From Octopus vulgaris (Eukaryota), in the NCBI GenBank assembly GCA_951406725.2, contig OX597819.1:41292001-41356000 (forward strand): DNA of 64,000 nucleotides, read 5' to 3'. This document shows positions 39,981-52,516 of the stretch, one piece after another (positions within the stretch are counted from its first letter, which is position 1; every line of letters starts with the position of its first letter). The position numbers and the translations under genes were made by a program. A model generated the notes under the pieces. That model did no database searches and was not told the origin of the DNA. It was given only the letters and a program-made list of their open reading frames with translations.

Positions 39981-40320
39981 AAGGCGCATGGCTCAGTGGT
40001 TAGAGCGTCGAGCTTACAATCATGAGGTTGAGAGCTCGAATCCCGGACCGGGCTGCATGTTGTGTTCTTGAGCAAGACACTTTATCTCACGTTGCTCCAG
40101 ATAACTCAGCTGTAGAAATGACTTGCGACGTTATGGGTACCAAGCTGTATTGGCCTTTGCCTTTCCCTTGGATAACACTGGTGGTGTGGAGAGGGGAGGC
40201 CAGTATGCATGGGCGACTGCTGGTCTTCCATAAACAACCTTGCCCAGACTTGTGACTAGGAAGGTAACTTTCTAGGTGCAATCCCATGGTCAGTGTCGTG
40301 ACCAAAGGGGGTCCCGACCG
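39981..40320 (+). mobile_element. SINE family C with 16-bp TSD
   Basis: TSD ACCTACAAAAAGAGTG at 39965-39980 and 40321-40336. A-box tggctcagtgg and B-box-like gctcgaatccc. Confidence 0.9.
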
Positions 40321-41411
40321 ACCTACAAAAAGAGTGCCTATACTTTGTTTAGATATTGATATGGTTGCAGGGACAACCATATTGTTAAAGTTCATTTAAC
40401 AACAGTAGGATTTTAGAGACAATCCCATTGTGAGAGGCAAGATTCTCCATTAACCCTTCTATTTTGACTTAAATCACCCACAGTATATAAGATTGCTATA
40501 CACCTATAGTGTATAACAATCTTAAAGAGAATAAGCAATAGTTCAGACCTAAATAATTTACGTTCTTTATTATTTAGTTTTAGTACTAAGCACAGACATG
40601 GCTGTGTAGTTAAAGAGTTCACAAGCATGTAGTTTAGGGTTTAGTCCAACTGTGTGGCATTTTGAGCAAGTGTCTTCCACTATGGATCCAAGCTGGCCAA
40701 TGCCTTGAGAGTGGATTTGCTAGACAGAAACTCAAAGCCAATTATGTGTGTTTACATTGTCTAAAAAGCCCATTGAGCTACAGATTATGTTGCTGTAATT
40801 TCCTCTGTCAATAGGTCATCCAATGTCTTTGCACCCAAGTAGATGTGTTGAATAAGATAAGCCTTACTTGAAAAACAAATGAAGGTTAAGCAACAAGGAC
40901 ATCTAGTTGTAAAATCATGCCTAAATAATATATTTGTCTAACCCATACTAGCTTGGAAAAAAGTACATAAAAACAAATGAATAAATTACCACAACCTGAA
41001 CCTTTCGAGAGAGATCACAGGATATGGTAAGTCACAATTCAAAGTAATTCTTCAGAATTAAAGCGAGTCATACTAAGCTACAGATTAATAGTATTATGCA
41101 GATAAGAAATCAGTCTCTGCACCTCTAGGTAAGAGGTAATAGTCTCAATCAGATACCATTTTAGTAACAACAGCTTAGTAAACTAGGGCATGTAATTTCT
41201 CAATCAATTAGGCATCCAGACAGTTAAATTAACATATAAGTGATCGAATATTCCACAGACACATATACTTTTCACATAATGATCTGATTGAATCAGTTGT
41301 GGTACAATACATAAGAAAGCTGGACCTTAGAATTGTAAGTGCAATCTGTCTCATGGATTTCCTCAGCATCCATCTTGCCAAATTTTGTTATATGGATTGG
41401 ATCAAACCAAG

Positions 41412-41526
41412 GCTTCCCCAAAATCAATCCCCTCCTCACCGTGGTGGGGACGCTGGCAACGGGTAGTGTCAGAGCTATGCCGTCGGGAACTTCGGTTCCT
41501 GGTAGGGCCACCCAAGGCGGATTGGT
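41412..41526 (+). ncRNA. Candidate HDV-like self-cleaving ribozyme
   Basis: Hand fold: P1 41412-41419/41446-41453 (one mismatch); P2 41423-41432/41516-41526 (one bulge); P3 41433-41435/41443-41445 (one U-U); L3 UCACCGU; P1.1 CA 41437-38/UG 41454-55; long P4 with a C(UUCG)G hairpin at 41485-41500; J4/2 CCAA 41512-41515. Confidence 0.6.
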
Positions 41527-41809
41527 CTGACACTGAGTGATATTAGGGCCACAACCCGGCAGACGGGGCTCTGGTGAAAATCCTCAGAGTGTCTGTTTCG
41601 GCAACCGGTGGCTCCTCGGTCGTTCTGTCCCTGCGGACAATCTGCATCAAACAGGATGTCTCTACATGCGGGATTGTTGGGGATCGCTCGTGAAATTCAT
41701 ATTCCCATGAAACTTCTTCCACTGCCATGGTTCAAGATGCCTCGAGGGTGGTGGAAGAAGCCGACTCAACTCGCCCAGGGTGAATGACGTCACAAGTGAA
41801 AGTAAGTAA
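41412..41809 (+). mobile_element. Short non-autonomous RTE-derived retroposon (398 bp) with a 5' HDV-like ribozyme and (AAGT)n tail
   Basis: Perfect 12-bp TSD GATCAAACCAAG at 41400-41411 and 41810-41821. GC-rich body in AT-rich surroundings. The 5' part (gagctatgccgt...agggccacccaaggcgg) resembles RTE/BovB 5' UTRs. It ends in caagtgaaagtaagtaa. No Pol III A/B box or RT ORF seen. Confidence 0.8.
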
Positions 41810-43677
41810 GATCAAACCAAGACTAAAGTAAAGACACTTGTCCAAGGTGTCTCACACAGTAGGATCAAAACCAGGATCCCATGATTGCAAAGCAAACTTC
41901 TTAACCACTGCCTAATACACAATAAAAAGCCTGCAATGGATTTGGAGCTTTAACACAAGATTTATTAGCTGGTAGTCCAATACATTATCTATATTAAAAT
42001 TTAACTTCTACTTACAAAAGGAGTGACTATATTTTGTTTAAACTTTGATACTGCTGCAGGCACAGCCACACTGTTATAAGTTCATTTAGCAACTATGGGT
42101 TTCAGCCTTTGCCGGTTCTTTGAGAATGTGTTCTCTATCTTAGCCTTAGGTCTACCAAAACCTTGTAAGTGAAAATTGGTTGATGGAAACAGTGTGGCAT
42201 CCAACTTCTGTTACTGGGAGGAAGATTTAATCAATCACCTCAAGAAGAGTTTCTCTCTCTAGTCTGAGCATAACTTCCTCTCCCACACCCAACAGTCTCA
42301 GAGACCTTGAAATAAAAATCATGTGTTGCTGCTCTCCTCCTCTGATCAAACAATTAAAGAAAAGAAAGGGAGAATATTGAAGAGTTAACACAGATACAAG
42401 TGACTATGGTAGGTAACAAGTGAGGAAACAGTGAATGCAGACAATTACTTTGAAGCACAAATTATAGGAAGTGAGATTTGACTTGGGCATACTACGCTTG
42501 GCTAGAGACCTTGATAATATTGAATTCAACAGCTCTAATTCCATCATGGTTTTTCTAAATCTAGAGATTATATATGTGTGTCATATAAGAAAATAGATCA
42601 CAAATATTTGTATATGTTTGGAAGCCATTCTAATGACTGTTAATGAAAAGAAAAGATTTGATATAGTGTAAAAGGAACTGGTTGCTTTGAACACTTAAAA
42701 GTGTTTGCAGTGAGAGAACTAGTATTGTTGTTAGTCTGAGATCAGAAGGGCTTCTTTTTCCTAGAGATGGCGTATACATTTGTGAGCTTTTGTAGAGAAT
42801 GAATGGTTATAAATTTTAATATGTATCTGGTTCTGGGGCACACTGTTAGAGAGACCTACATGCTTGAAGAAATGAAGTAAGAAAATAATCTAGTGAACTC
42901 AGCAACTGGCAAAATAAGAGATTAAATAAGAGAAGGTTCTAAGGTAGCAGGAATGGTAAGACAGGGAAAATTTTTTAGTGTTACAAGTGGGATAGGTGAA
43001 GAAGACAAGTAGATTGAAGTGGTGTTGACCTTGACAATGAGATGCTGTTAATAGAACCGTATTGATTGAATAGGAGAGAAAAAGAAGACTGTCTGAAGTT
43101 CATGGATAAGCATTTAGGAAATAGTCAGTGGATGGGTTGGTGGGTGTCTTTAGAATGCATGGCTGCAGCTGAGAAAGTAAAAGAGTATTTTTTGGCAGTC
43201 AGCTTGGCAATGCACTGACTGCAAGTGCATTTTGCATTCCCTATGTCTGCTTGCAGTAATGATGGGAAGTGACAGAAGATTGCCAGTTGGTATATATTAA
43301 TTGGTAGTTTCCATGCTTTGAAAGTCCTGGTTTTTGTTTTTGATCTGCTTTGTTTGTTTGTTTGTTTGTTTTTCCTAAATATTTTTTTAATGTTGTTGTT
43401 GTTGTTCACACAGCAACAACAACTGAAGAAAATTTTCAGATCAACTTACTAACATTAACCTTGTTTCTAACACTAACTCCTCTGACATTTACATACATTA
43501 TTGTTCATAACATTTATCTAAAAAAGAGTTTTAAACATGGTTATTTAGGTAAAAGTAGAAATTAACATCAATCATTAAGAGTACACACACACAGACATAC
43601 AATCTCACTGCACATTTTGAAATTACTTTAATGGTTATATTATTTTTCAGGCGCCACCATCCAAGCTGTTGCCCGCC

Positions 43678-43716
<39 letters not shown>

Positions 43717-44274
43717 CGATGACGGCGGCGGCGGCAACGACGATGACAACAACAATAATAATAATAATTTCATGTGATTAATTTCTCTACTCAGTACAAT
43801 TACATCATGACATTACTAGTTTTTTTTTTTAATCCGAGATTCAGCTTTGATTGAGCAAACCTATGATCAGATATGATCCAGCCATGACACTCCTGTCTTT
43901 TGTATATCTACCGCTACACTACCCAATATACCTTTCCTTTAAGACATTAGGGTGTGCTATTTCTAGTAAAGTGAGAGCTCACAGAGACATTTCCTTGATG
44001 GCAGTAATGTAATTATAATTAAACTCTTTCTACGATAGGAAGGGATTTAATCAATTATATCAACTCCAGAACTTGACTAGCACTTTATGGTAATGACACT
44101 GAAAAGATGAAAGGTGAAGTTGACTTTGATGGGGTTTGAACTCAAAACATAAATGAGCCACAAGAAATATTTGTGTTCAGCTTCCAAGCAACTGTGCCAA
44201 TCCACCACTCTTAAACATAAGCAATTTCCCGATATTACAAATATGTATTTCAAATTCCATTGAATTTGAAATGA

Positions 44275-44880
44275 TGACGTCAGGTCAGCAATGCTTGGGC
44301 ACTGGACAAGTGCATGTAGGGCCGTCTTGTCCTGCACGCATCTCAAACATGCTTGGCTGACAGCACTTCCATGCCTGTAAAGTTTATCTCACAGGCAAAG
44401 CTCCCTGGTAGCACTGCCAAGCGAGAGATTTTTGGAAATAATCCATCGGTCGTAGGTCGAAAGTTCTCCGGAAAAGAATGGTTAGTTATCTTCATTGACA
44501 CTCAAGGTCTCCTCAAGAACACTGTCTCACTTTTCCTCCACTAATCCTCTATAAAAAGCTAAAGTGGACGTTCCACCTATCACAGTGTCCAATTGGCTAA
44601 GGGCTGTGAGCACCTGAAGACATTCCACTTTCCAAATGCTCCCCCTCTGTCTCTGTTTTACCCAAGACTGCAGCTCTGTTAAAGAAATTAGCTGCAGAAA
44701 TACATGTCAGGTGAACGGCGACCACACCTTTTCACTGTCGAGGAAACACTGGAGAGCCGTAACCTCAGTGCATGTCTGCACATCATCAGCCATGGCATGC
44801 CCAGGCCACCACTCAATTATATTGTACAAGTTTTGTCTTGGCATATAAAAGGTGTGCTACAGCAAATATTCTGCTCAATA
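44275..44880 (-). pseudogene. L1/Tx1-like LINE fragment (zf-RVT region)
   Basis: CLRCVQDKTALHALVQCPSI fits the CxxC...H....C cysteine-rich motif of Tx1/L1 ORF2. Confidence 0.55.
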
Positions 44881-45285
44881 CCACAGATTCATTTGTCAGT
44901 TGCTTAACCAGTTGAGAATGTCCCTTGGTGGCTGATATGTGCATCTCTGATCATGAGAAGTTGTGAGAGAGCAACATAGCCTTGTCTTGAAAGATAATTG
45001 TTTAGGGTTTGAATATATTTCACCTCTGGAAACATGGGTGTTTTGTTCATTATCCTTAAAAAAACTCTATTCAAGGATTTTTTGTGCAGGATGGACTACT
45101 CGAGCTGAAGAAAATTCTAACTGGGCCCCACTTGCAAGGTAATGTGCTGTTTATCTTGATATGAGATCACCATTATGCGCACGGATGGGTAGCCATAATA
45201 GGCATATTGGGCTTTGTATATTTGTACCCCAGTGTCACTCTGATGGCATGTGCTGGTTTCTCACTCAATGATGATAATAATAATA
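44881..45285 (+). repeat. Interspersed repeat ending in a (TAA)n tail, probably a LINE 3' UTR
   Basis: Ends ctctcactcaatgatgataataataataa. Recalled as a common octopus repeat; not verified. Confidence 0.4.
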
Positions 45286-45316
45286 AAAATTTTAGTAGTA
45301 ATCTCTACTAAAGGCA

Positions 45317-45822
45317 TAGCAGGTGGATGTGCAAAACTGATGGGATGTGCACAACCAATGGCATACCCACAGCTGATGGGATAAATGCAACTGATGGGAT
45401 ATATACAGCAGATGGGATAGGCACAACTGATGACATGAGCATAGCTGGTGGGATGTGCACAGCGGATGGGATGTGCATAGCTGATTGGATGCAAACAGCT
45501 GATTGGATATGCACAACTGATGGGATATGTACAGTGGATAAGATATGCACAACTGATGGGATGAGCACATGGGATGCTCACACAGCTTTAGCATACTTGT
45601 AGCCAATAGGATATGCATGGTTGATGGGATACATGCAACTGATGGGATACACACAGCTGATGACATACATGTAGCTGATGGGATATGCACAGCTGACAGG
45701 ATATGCACAGCCAATGGGACACACACAGCTGATGTGATACATGCAGCTGATGGGGGACACACAGTTGATTGGATAAGCACAGATGACGGGATAAGTGCAG
45801 CTGATGTGATACACACAGCTGA
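45317..45822. repeat. Degenerate 18-bp minisatellite (consensus about CACAGCTGATGGGATATG), roughly 28 units
   Basis: Visible periodicity; translates as TADGIC/HPISCA hexapeptide repeats. Confidence 0.85.
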
Positions 45823-46973
45823 ATCATAAGCTAGTAGATCAGCATCCTAACAATTTGAGTGCTGACATGATTGGGTAATTAAGAAGGTCAGCAAATGTAT
45901 TCCACTATAGTCTAAGAGTGGTCAAAGCATTGTGAGAGAAATTTGATAGGCAGAAACTGTATGGAAGCCTGTTGGATGAACTACTCTTGTTGCTGGATGA
46001 TTAATTTAAGCCATCACATTGTGTGAAACCAACACCTGGCACCTGCTTGCCATTAGTGGAATACATTCTGATACAACTATTTAGGGTATGTCTTCTGTTA
46101 GAAACTAACCTACCCACTCCCTCCCACCAGTCACAGATGCTCTGAATAAAGCCATGGATGCTGCTCTTCCTTCTCTGACTAAGCAATTAAAAATAGAAAT
46201 TAAAACAGCAGAGACATTCAGCTAAGAAACTGCTGATCAAAGGAATACTTGACAAAGTTCTAAGTTTCTTCTAAACTAAATTATGTAATTACAATAACTT
46301 AATTCAAACTAATTAACCAAATTGAAAAAAATAAATAAATAAACTAGCAATATTCATTACACAGGATTGGTCCAGCTACAAAGATATTTTAATAAATAAG
46401 CATGAAACTTTTGATATTTTATGGATATAGGAGAGATTATGTTCTTACCATTCCCAAAAGGAATTTGCAATTTAAGTGAAATGAAGCAGTACCGTTGGAC
46501 TAAGAACTTCTCATCAACACCTAAACAACTGTCACATTTATAAAGATAAGGATATTATTTATAAATGAAGCCCATCCTGAACAGACTCGAGTTATCTTGT
46601 AAAAGTTTATTGTCTGATTAGGATGGCTGAATGGTGAACTGACAGTGTTGCCAGAGTACTAGAAGAAATGCACTGGCAGTATTTATTCCAGTACTTTGAA
46701 TTCTGAGTTCAAATTTCACCAAGGACAACTTTGCTTTTCGTTCTGCTGGGTTCAATAAAGTACCAGTCTTGAGCAGTAGACTAGCGGAATCATTAGAGTG
46801 TGGCACAGAATCTGTAACAGTATTTGTTCTGGCTCTTAGCATTCCGAGTTCAAATCCCACCATGACCTATGTGAGTGATAGACTTCATCTGTCACCTTGT
46901 TTAACATCACCGCCTTGGGTGCTTTTAGTAGAGTTCATTCTGTTGCAAGTATTTAGGACAGATCTCTTTCTCT

Positions 46974-47005
<32 letters not shown>

Positions 47006-47276
47006 TCCTCCCATCAATCTCAAAGGCTAAAAAGTCACAGGTACTGCTCTTCCCTTCTGACTAAAAAATAAAAAAAGAGATATGCAGTTTGTGTTCTGTC
47101 ACCAGAAATGCGTTTTCTCAGTGGTAAATAAATGACCCAGTCCACCTAGCTGTAAATAGGTGCCACAATGTATAAACAACTCACCATTTTTCCAAGCTTT
47201 TTGTTTCTTCTAGCTGAGTTAATAGACCCATGGTTTATAATATTCCAGCTGTGATCATCCCATCCTTTGGGATGAT

Positions 47277-47651
47277 CACATGGTTCCATGTTCAGTCCCA
47301 CTGCCTGGCACCTTGGGCAAGTGTCTTCTACTATAGCCTTGGGGCAACCAAAACCTTGTGAGTGGATTTGGTAGACGGAAAATGAAAGAAGCCCATCGTA
47401 TATATATATATATATACATGTATGTATATGTATGTGTGTGTATATGTTTGTGTGTCTGTGTTTGTGTCCCCCAACATCGCTTGACAACTGATGCTGGTGT
47501 GTTTACATCCCCGTAACTTAGCGGCTCAGCAAAAGTGGCCGATAGAATAAGTACTAGGCTTACAAAGAATAAGTCATGGGGTCGATTTGCTCGACTAAAA
47601 GCAGTGCTCCAGCATGGCCACAGTCAAATGACTGAAACAAGTAAAAGAGAG
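47277..47651 (+). mobile_element. SINE family A, 5'-truncated
   Basis: Match from cacatggttc to the tail. Confidence 0.85.
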
Positions 47652-49151
47652 TAAGTTTTAACAAAGTTTTTTTTTTCTCTCCTAAAACAAATTAATTCAA
47701 CTATGAAGTAGTAATTTGAACTTATTTTCAACTATTTAGAGCAAAAAATATATCGTGTGTTTTTGCCATAGGACATATAGTGATACAGGTCCTGTAAGCA
47801 AGCATGACCAAATAGTTAAAAAGTTTGCTAAGCAATAATGTAGTTCTGGATTTGATCCAAAAGTGTAGCACCTCAAGTAAATATCTTCTACTATAACTTC
47901 AAGTTGACCCAAATCCTGTGTTTAAATTGGGATAACTGATAGAAACTGTGCAGAAGCCGTCAGATGTTATTCAAAGGGTTAACCTAGCTACTTACAAGGT
48001 GATTCTGATAATGCATGAAGATTGTATAAAGAGAAGGTAGAAGGGTCTGTGTAATATACAGCCAATTGCACCAAGTCAAATAGCTCCATAGACCAAGCTG
48101 GAATATTCATTGCTGAAACCAACACGGCATTCATATTCAGGTAGTGTTATTATCTAGCTATAATTTAACTACCCTGTCCTCAAAACTGCTGGCCTAGTAC
48201 CTAAATTAGAAACAATTATATCTTTATTTTCATCTTTAAATATAGCATTTTAGAGAGTATAGACAAATCAATACAGTAAGAAACAATAAGCTGAGATGTT
48301 ATTAGTGTATACCTATGGCTAAGACATTTTTGATGTGGCTGTTTAGCCCTAAGTCAGCCCAGATCCAGTAGACCTGTGATTAGAAACATCATAGCTGCAA
48401 CCATCCTGTCCTTTACTCAGACATGGTGTATTGAGGACTACATTTTCCATTTAAGATGGCAAATTGTGATGAAAAGGATTAGGCTGCTATTTTTCCTTGG
48501 TTAAGCTCAACACTTAACTCCTAACAGTCAAGTTAACTGAGCTTTATGTAGGCCTGTTAGTATATAAGTAGAGCTACACTAAAAATTGCCACATATCCCT
48601 CAAGAAAAAATTAACTGAGTTAGGCAAGCTATTAAAGGTAGGATAAAGTGGGTAGGATTGACATGTTAAAATGGTGACTGCAGGCTGGTAGGAAGGGGCA
48701 CAATATGGATGACAAAAAGAGGAGAGACAAATGAATAATGACTGCATAAGCTGAGGTGGCATGCAACCAGCCAGCACCAAGGAGCAGATGCATGCATAGT
48801 AGCAGCAGAAAAGACAGAGGAAGAAGATAGACCTGTGAGAGAGAGCACTGAATGTTTATTGGTTGACTTCATGCCAATCAGTCAAGTAGCCTTTCTTTAG
48901 ATGCAGTCTAGGATGTCTGTGAGGCAGTACCACCATCCCATATGTAGAAGCAGTAAGTACCCCACTGTCAGTTGCTCCTGAATTTATCCAGAGTTAAATA
49001 ATACTTGCAGCTTCAATAGAGTTATATATATAAACCCAACTAAAATATGTACAAAAATGGTTAAAAATCCCAGTAGTGGATATGTAATACATAAAATAGC
49101 TACACTGAAAATGTACTTTTATATTTGGCAAATGTGGAACTAGGATTTATA

Positions 49152-49552
49152 TACTCTTTACTCTTTTACTTGTTTCAGTCATTTGACTGCAGCCATGCTG
49201 GAGCACCGCCTTTAATTGAGCAACTCGACCCTGGGACTTATTCTTTTGTAAGCCCAGTACTAATTCTATCGGTCTCTTTTGCTGAACTGCTAAGTAACAG
49301 GGACGTAAACACACCAGCATCGGTTGTCAAGCAATGCTAGGGGGACAAACACAGACACACAAACACACACACACGCATATATATATACATATATACAACG
49401 GGCTTCTTTCAGTTTCCGTCTTCCAAATCCACTCACAAGGTTTTGGTTGTGCCCGAGGCTATAGTAGAAGACACTTGCCCAAGGTGCCACACAGTGGGAC
49501 TGAACCCAGAACCATGTGGTTGGTAAACAAGCTACTTACCACACAGCCACTC
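49152..49552 (-). mobile_element. SINE family A
   Basis: Full-length match. Confidence 0.85.
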
Positions 49553-49917
49553 ATGTAAATACAAGGATGGTAATTCCAAAGAGGAACCTGTAAAACCCTG
49601 AAATAACCAATTGTTCTCGGAAATAATTTCCATGGTTCAATGTATTAAAAAGATAATAGTGTTAAAGCCTGCCATGGTTGCCCAAACTTATTTCGATCTT
49701 ATATACAAACAGAAAATAGATGGTTGTGTGGTAAGAAGTTTGCATCATCACCACATGGTTCTGGATTCAGCAATACCGCATGGCACTTTCAGTAAATATT
49801 ACAGTCACAGGTTGACAAAAGCATTGAGTAGAATTGGTAAACAGAAACTGAAAGAAGCTCATCATATATAATATATACACACACACACATATATATACAT
49901 ACATAAAGACAGACATA

Positions 49918-50128
49918 CACAAGGTGGGGCTAAAAAGCTTCTGGCTTTAAGAGTATTGCAAAAGGCCTGGTTGGAGGCCCAACCTTCTGAGTTCTTTTGC
50001 AGGGCTTAGAAAAACTGAAGGACTGCTGCAATAAGTGTGTGAATGTGAGTGGGGAATATGTTGTATAAAATCATAATTGACTGATCCGCCTGTATTTTCT
50101 GTTACTCAAGACCAGGAACTTTTCAACA
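49918..50128 (+). mobile_element. Internally deleted mariner element retaining the transposase C-terminus
   Basis: Encodes WLEAQPSEFF / GLEKLKDCCNKCVNVSGEYVV* (mariner C-terminal KC..xGxY motif). TIR remnants aaaagcttctgg / ccaggaactttt. It splits a SINE (about 49718-49865 and 50145-50355). Confidence 0.7.
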
Positions 50129-50694
50129 ATATACAAATGTATATTTGTGTGTGTGTGTGTGTGTATGACCATTGTTCTTGACAACTGGTGTCAGTTTGTT
50201 TACATCCTCATAATTTAACAGTTCAGCAAAAGAAACCAATAGAATAAGAACCAAGCTTTAAAAGAAAATAAATTTGGGACTGATTTGTTTGACTAAACCC
50301 TGCAAGGCAGTGCCCCCGCATGGCCGTAGTCCAGTGAATGAAACAAGTAAAAGATAACAAATAAAAAAAAAATCAAAAGGAGTAAAAGCAATTAATGATA
50401 TTTAATTGTTGATTAAGGACCAGAATGGAATGAAAATGACACATTTGATATATGATGCAACTGCAAAGTATATTCTGGACAACAAGAGCAGCTTACATTT
50501 TGAAGTCCAAAGAAAATTTCAATTATTACAAAGATCACTCAACATCTATTTCTTCTCCTCATTCAATGTACATGCATTTGCAGGTGTGTACGTGACACAA
50601 GGATAGATACATAAATAGCTAGCTAGCTAGGCATACACAGTGAAATAAGTTTGAACTCATTAGCAACAGTGTAGATAAATCTATAGCTAATATC

Positions 50695-50883
50695 AAGGCG
50701 GCGAGCTGGTAGAAACGTTAGCACTGTCGTTACGTTCCGAGTTCAAATTCCGGCGAGGTTGACTTTGCCTTTCATCCTTTTTGGGTTGATAAATTAAGTA
50801 CCAGTTACGCACTGGCGTCAATGTAGTCGACTTAATCCCTTTGTCCCCTCTGTGTTTAGCCCCTTGTGGGTAGTAAAGAAATA
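50695..50883 (+). mobile_element. SINE family B
   Basis: Matches 6186-6406 with small deletions. Confidence 0.85.
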
Positions 50884-50896
50884 TATAGCTGATATG

Positions 50897-51129
50897 TATT
50901 TCTTTATTACCCACAAGGAGCTAAACATAGAGGGGACAAACAAGGACAGACAAAGGTATTAAGTCGATTACATTGACCCCAGTGCGTAACTGGTACTTAA
51001 TTTATCGACCCCAAAAGGATGAAAGGCAAAGTCGACCTCGGCGGAATTCGAACTCACAATGTAACGGTAGACGAAATACCGCTAAGCATCTCACCCGACA
51101 TGCTAACATTTCTGCCAGCTCACCGCCTT
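50897..51129 (-). mobile_element. SINE family B
   Basis: Full-length reverse copy. Confidence 0.85.
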
Positions 51130-51144
51130 AAAAAGTGATAGTGA

Positions 51145-51193
51145 TGCATCAGCCGGGAGTTGAACCTGGATCGACTGCTTGGAAAGCAACCAT
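51145..51193 (-). pseudogene. tRNA-Gly(TCC) 3' fragment (pseudogene)
   Basis: Reverse complement atggttgctTTCCAagcagtcgatccaggttcaactcccggctgatgca matches metazoan tRNA-Gly(TCC) from the anticodon arm to the acceptor end, followed by a trailer and TTTTT. The 5' third is missing. Confidence 0.7.
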
Positions 51194-52516
51194 ATGGCCA
51201 GATGAAGTCACAACCTAATTAAACTTTACATACACACACATACATACATATATAAAGAAGAGAGAGAGAGAGAAAGTGTAGTTAAATAACATTATATAGA
51301 CATTTTAAGTGCTGTCAAAAGTCATGACCTTAAAATGGTAAAATCATTAGTTTGTAAAAGACAAAACCTATAGTTTTCATGAGAGTTTGAGTAGGGATGT
51401 CTTTTAGAAATATCTCACGAGTAAAATAGATTAATACAAAAAAATCTAAGCCATTCATTGAAAATATATACATGAGGAACCTGTTCTAAGCACTAGATAC
51501 AGTGGGAAGGAGAGAGAGAAAGAAAAATTTTGCACATGTGTCTATGTTTGTGTGAGGCAGCATGAGTATGTTTATGTGTGTGCATATATATGTGTATGTA
51601 TATAGGTGTATGTATGTATGTATGTATGTATAAACATATATATATATCAGCATCATTTCAAATCTATTTCCCATGCTGGCATGGGTTGGATGGTTTGACA
51701 GGAGCTGGCAAAGCCAGGAGCAACACCAGGTTCCATTGTGCTTTGGTTGGATGCCCTTCCTAATGCCATCCACCACAGAGTGTACTGGGTGCTTTTTATG
51801 TGACACCAGCACCAGTGCTTTTTATGTGGTATCATCACCAATACTTTTATGTGGCACCAGCACTAACAGGGTTATCAAGTACCTTGCAAGACAGAAACCC
51901 ATTGGTTGGGAGTGGGGAGTAGTTTTGAGGCAGGGTGGCTTTTTGCCAGCTGAGAGATTTAAGGTAAAGAGGGGACAGACATAGGTGTCTTGCTGTAGAG
52001 TAGAATGGAGAGTGAGTTTGAGAGTAAGATAAAGAGAGTGATATATGGATATACATAAATATATGTGTGTGTGTATATATATATATTTATATATATATGG
52101 ATATATACGAATGTGTGTATATATATACATACATATAGAAATGTTTGTGTGTATAGGTTTTTTTAATTCTTTTTATTTCAGTTATTAGGGATTTATAGTC
52201 AAATGAATCAATCCCAGCACATTTTTTTAAGCCTGGTACTTATTCTATCGGTCATGTTTGCTGAAAGCCAAGTTACAGGGATGTAAACACACCATTACTG
52301 GTTGGACAAACATAAGACAAGCAAAAGACACACACAGGAGACAAACAAGATACACACACACACGGTGGGCTTCTTTCAGTTTCTGTCAACCAAATCTACC
52401 CACAAGGCTTTGCTCAACCCATAGCTATGGTAGAAGACACCTGGCCAAGGTGCTACACAGTGGGACCGAACCCAGAACCACGTGGTTGGGAAGTGAGCTG
52501 CTTACCACACAGTCAC

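Noticed and set aside
39981-40055. SINE heads as tRNA genes (also 12130-12203)
   Set aside because: A/B boxes are present, but there is no proper acceptor stem and the sequence continues into SINE bodies.
42470-42700. Faint Penelope RT-like peptide (FLNLEI...YKKIDHKYL) and a similar GIY-YIG-like hint at about 23082-23320
   Set aside because: Too degraded to support without an alignment.
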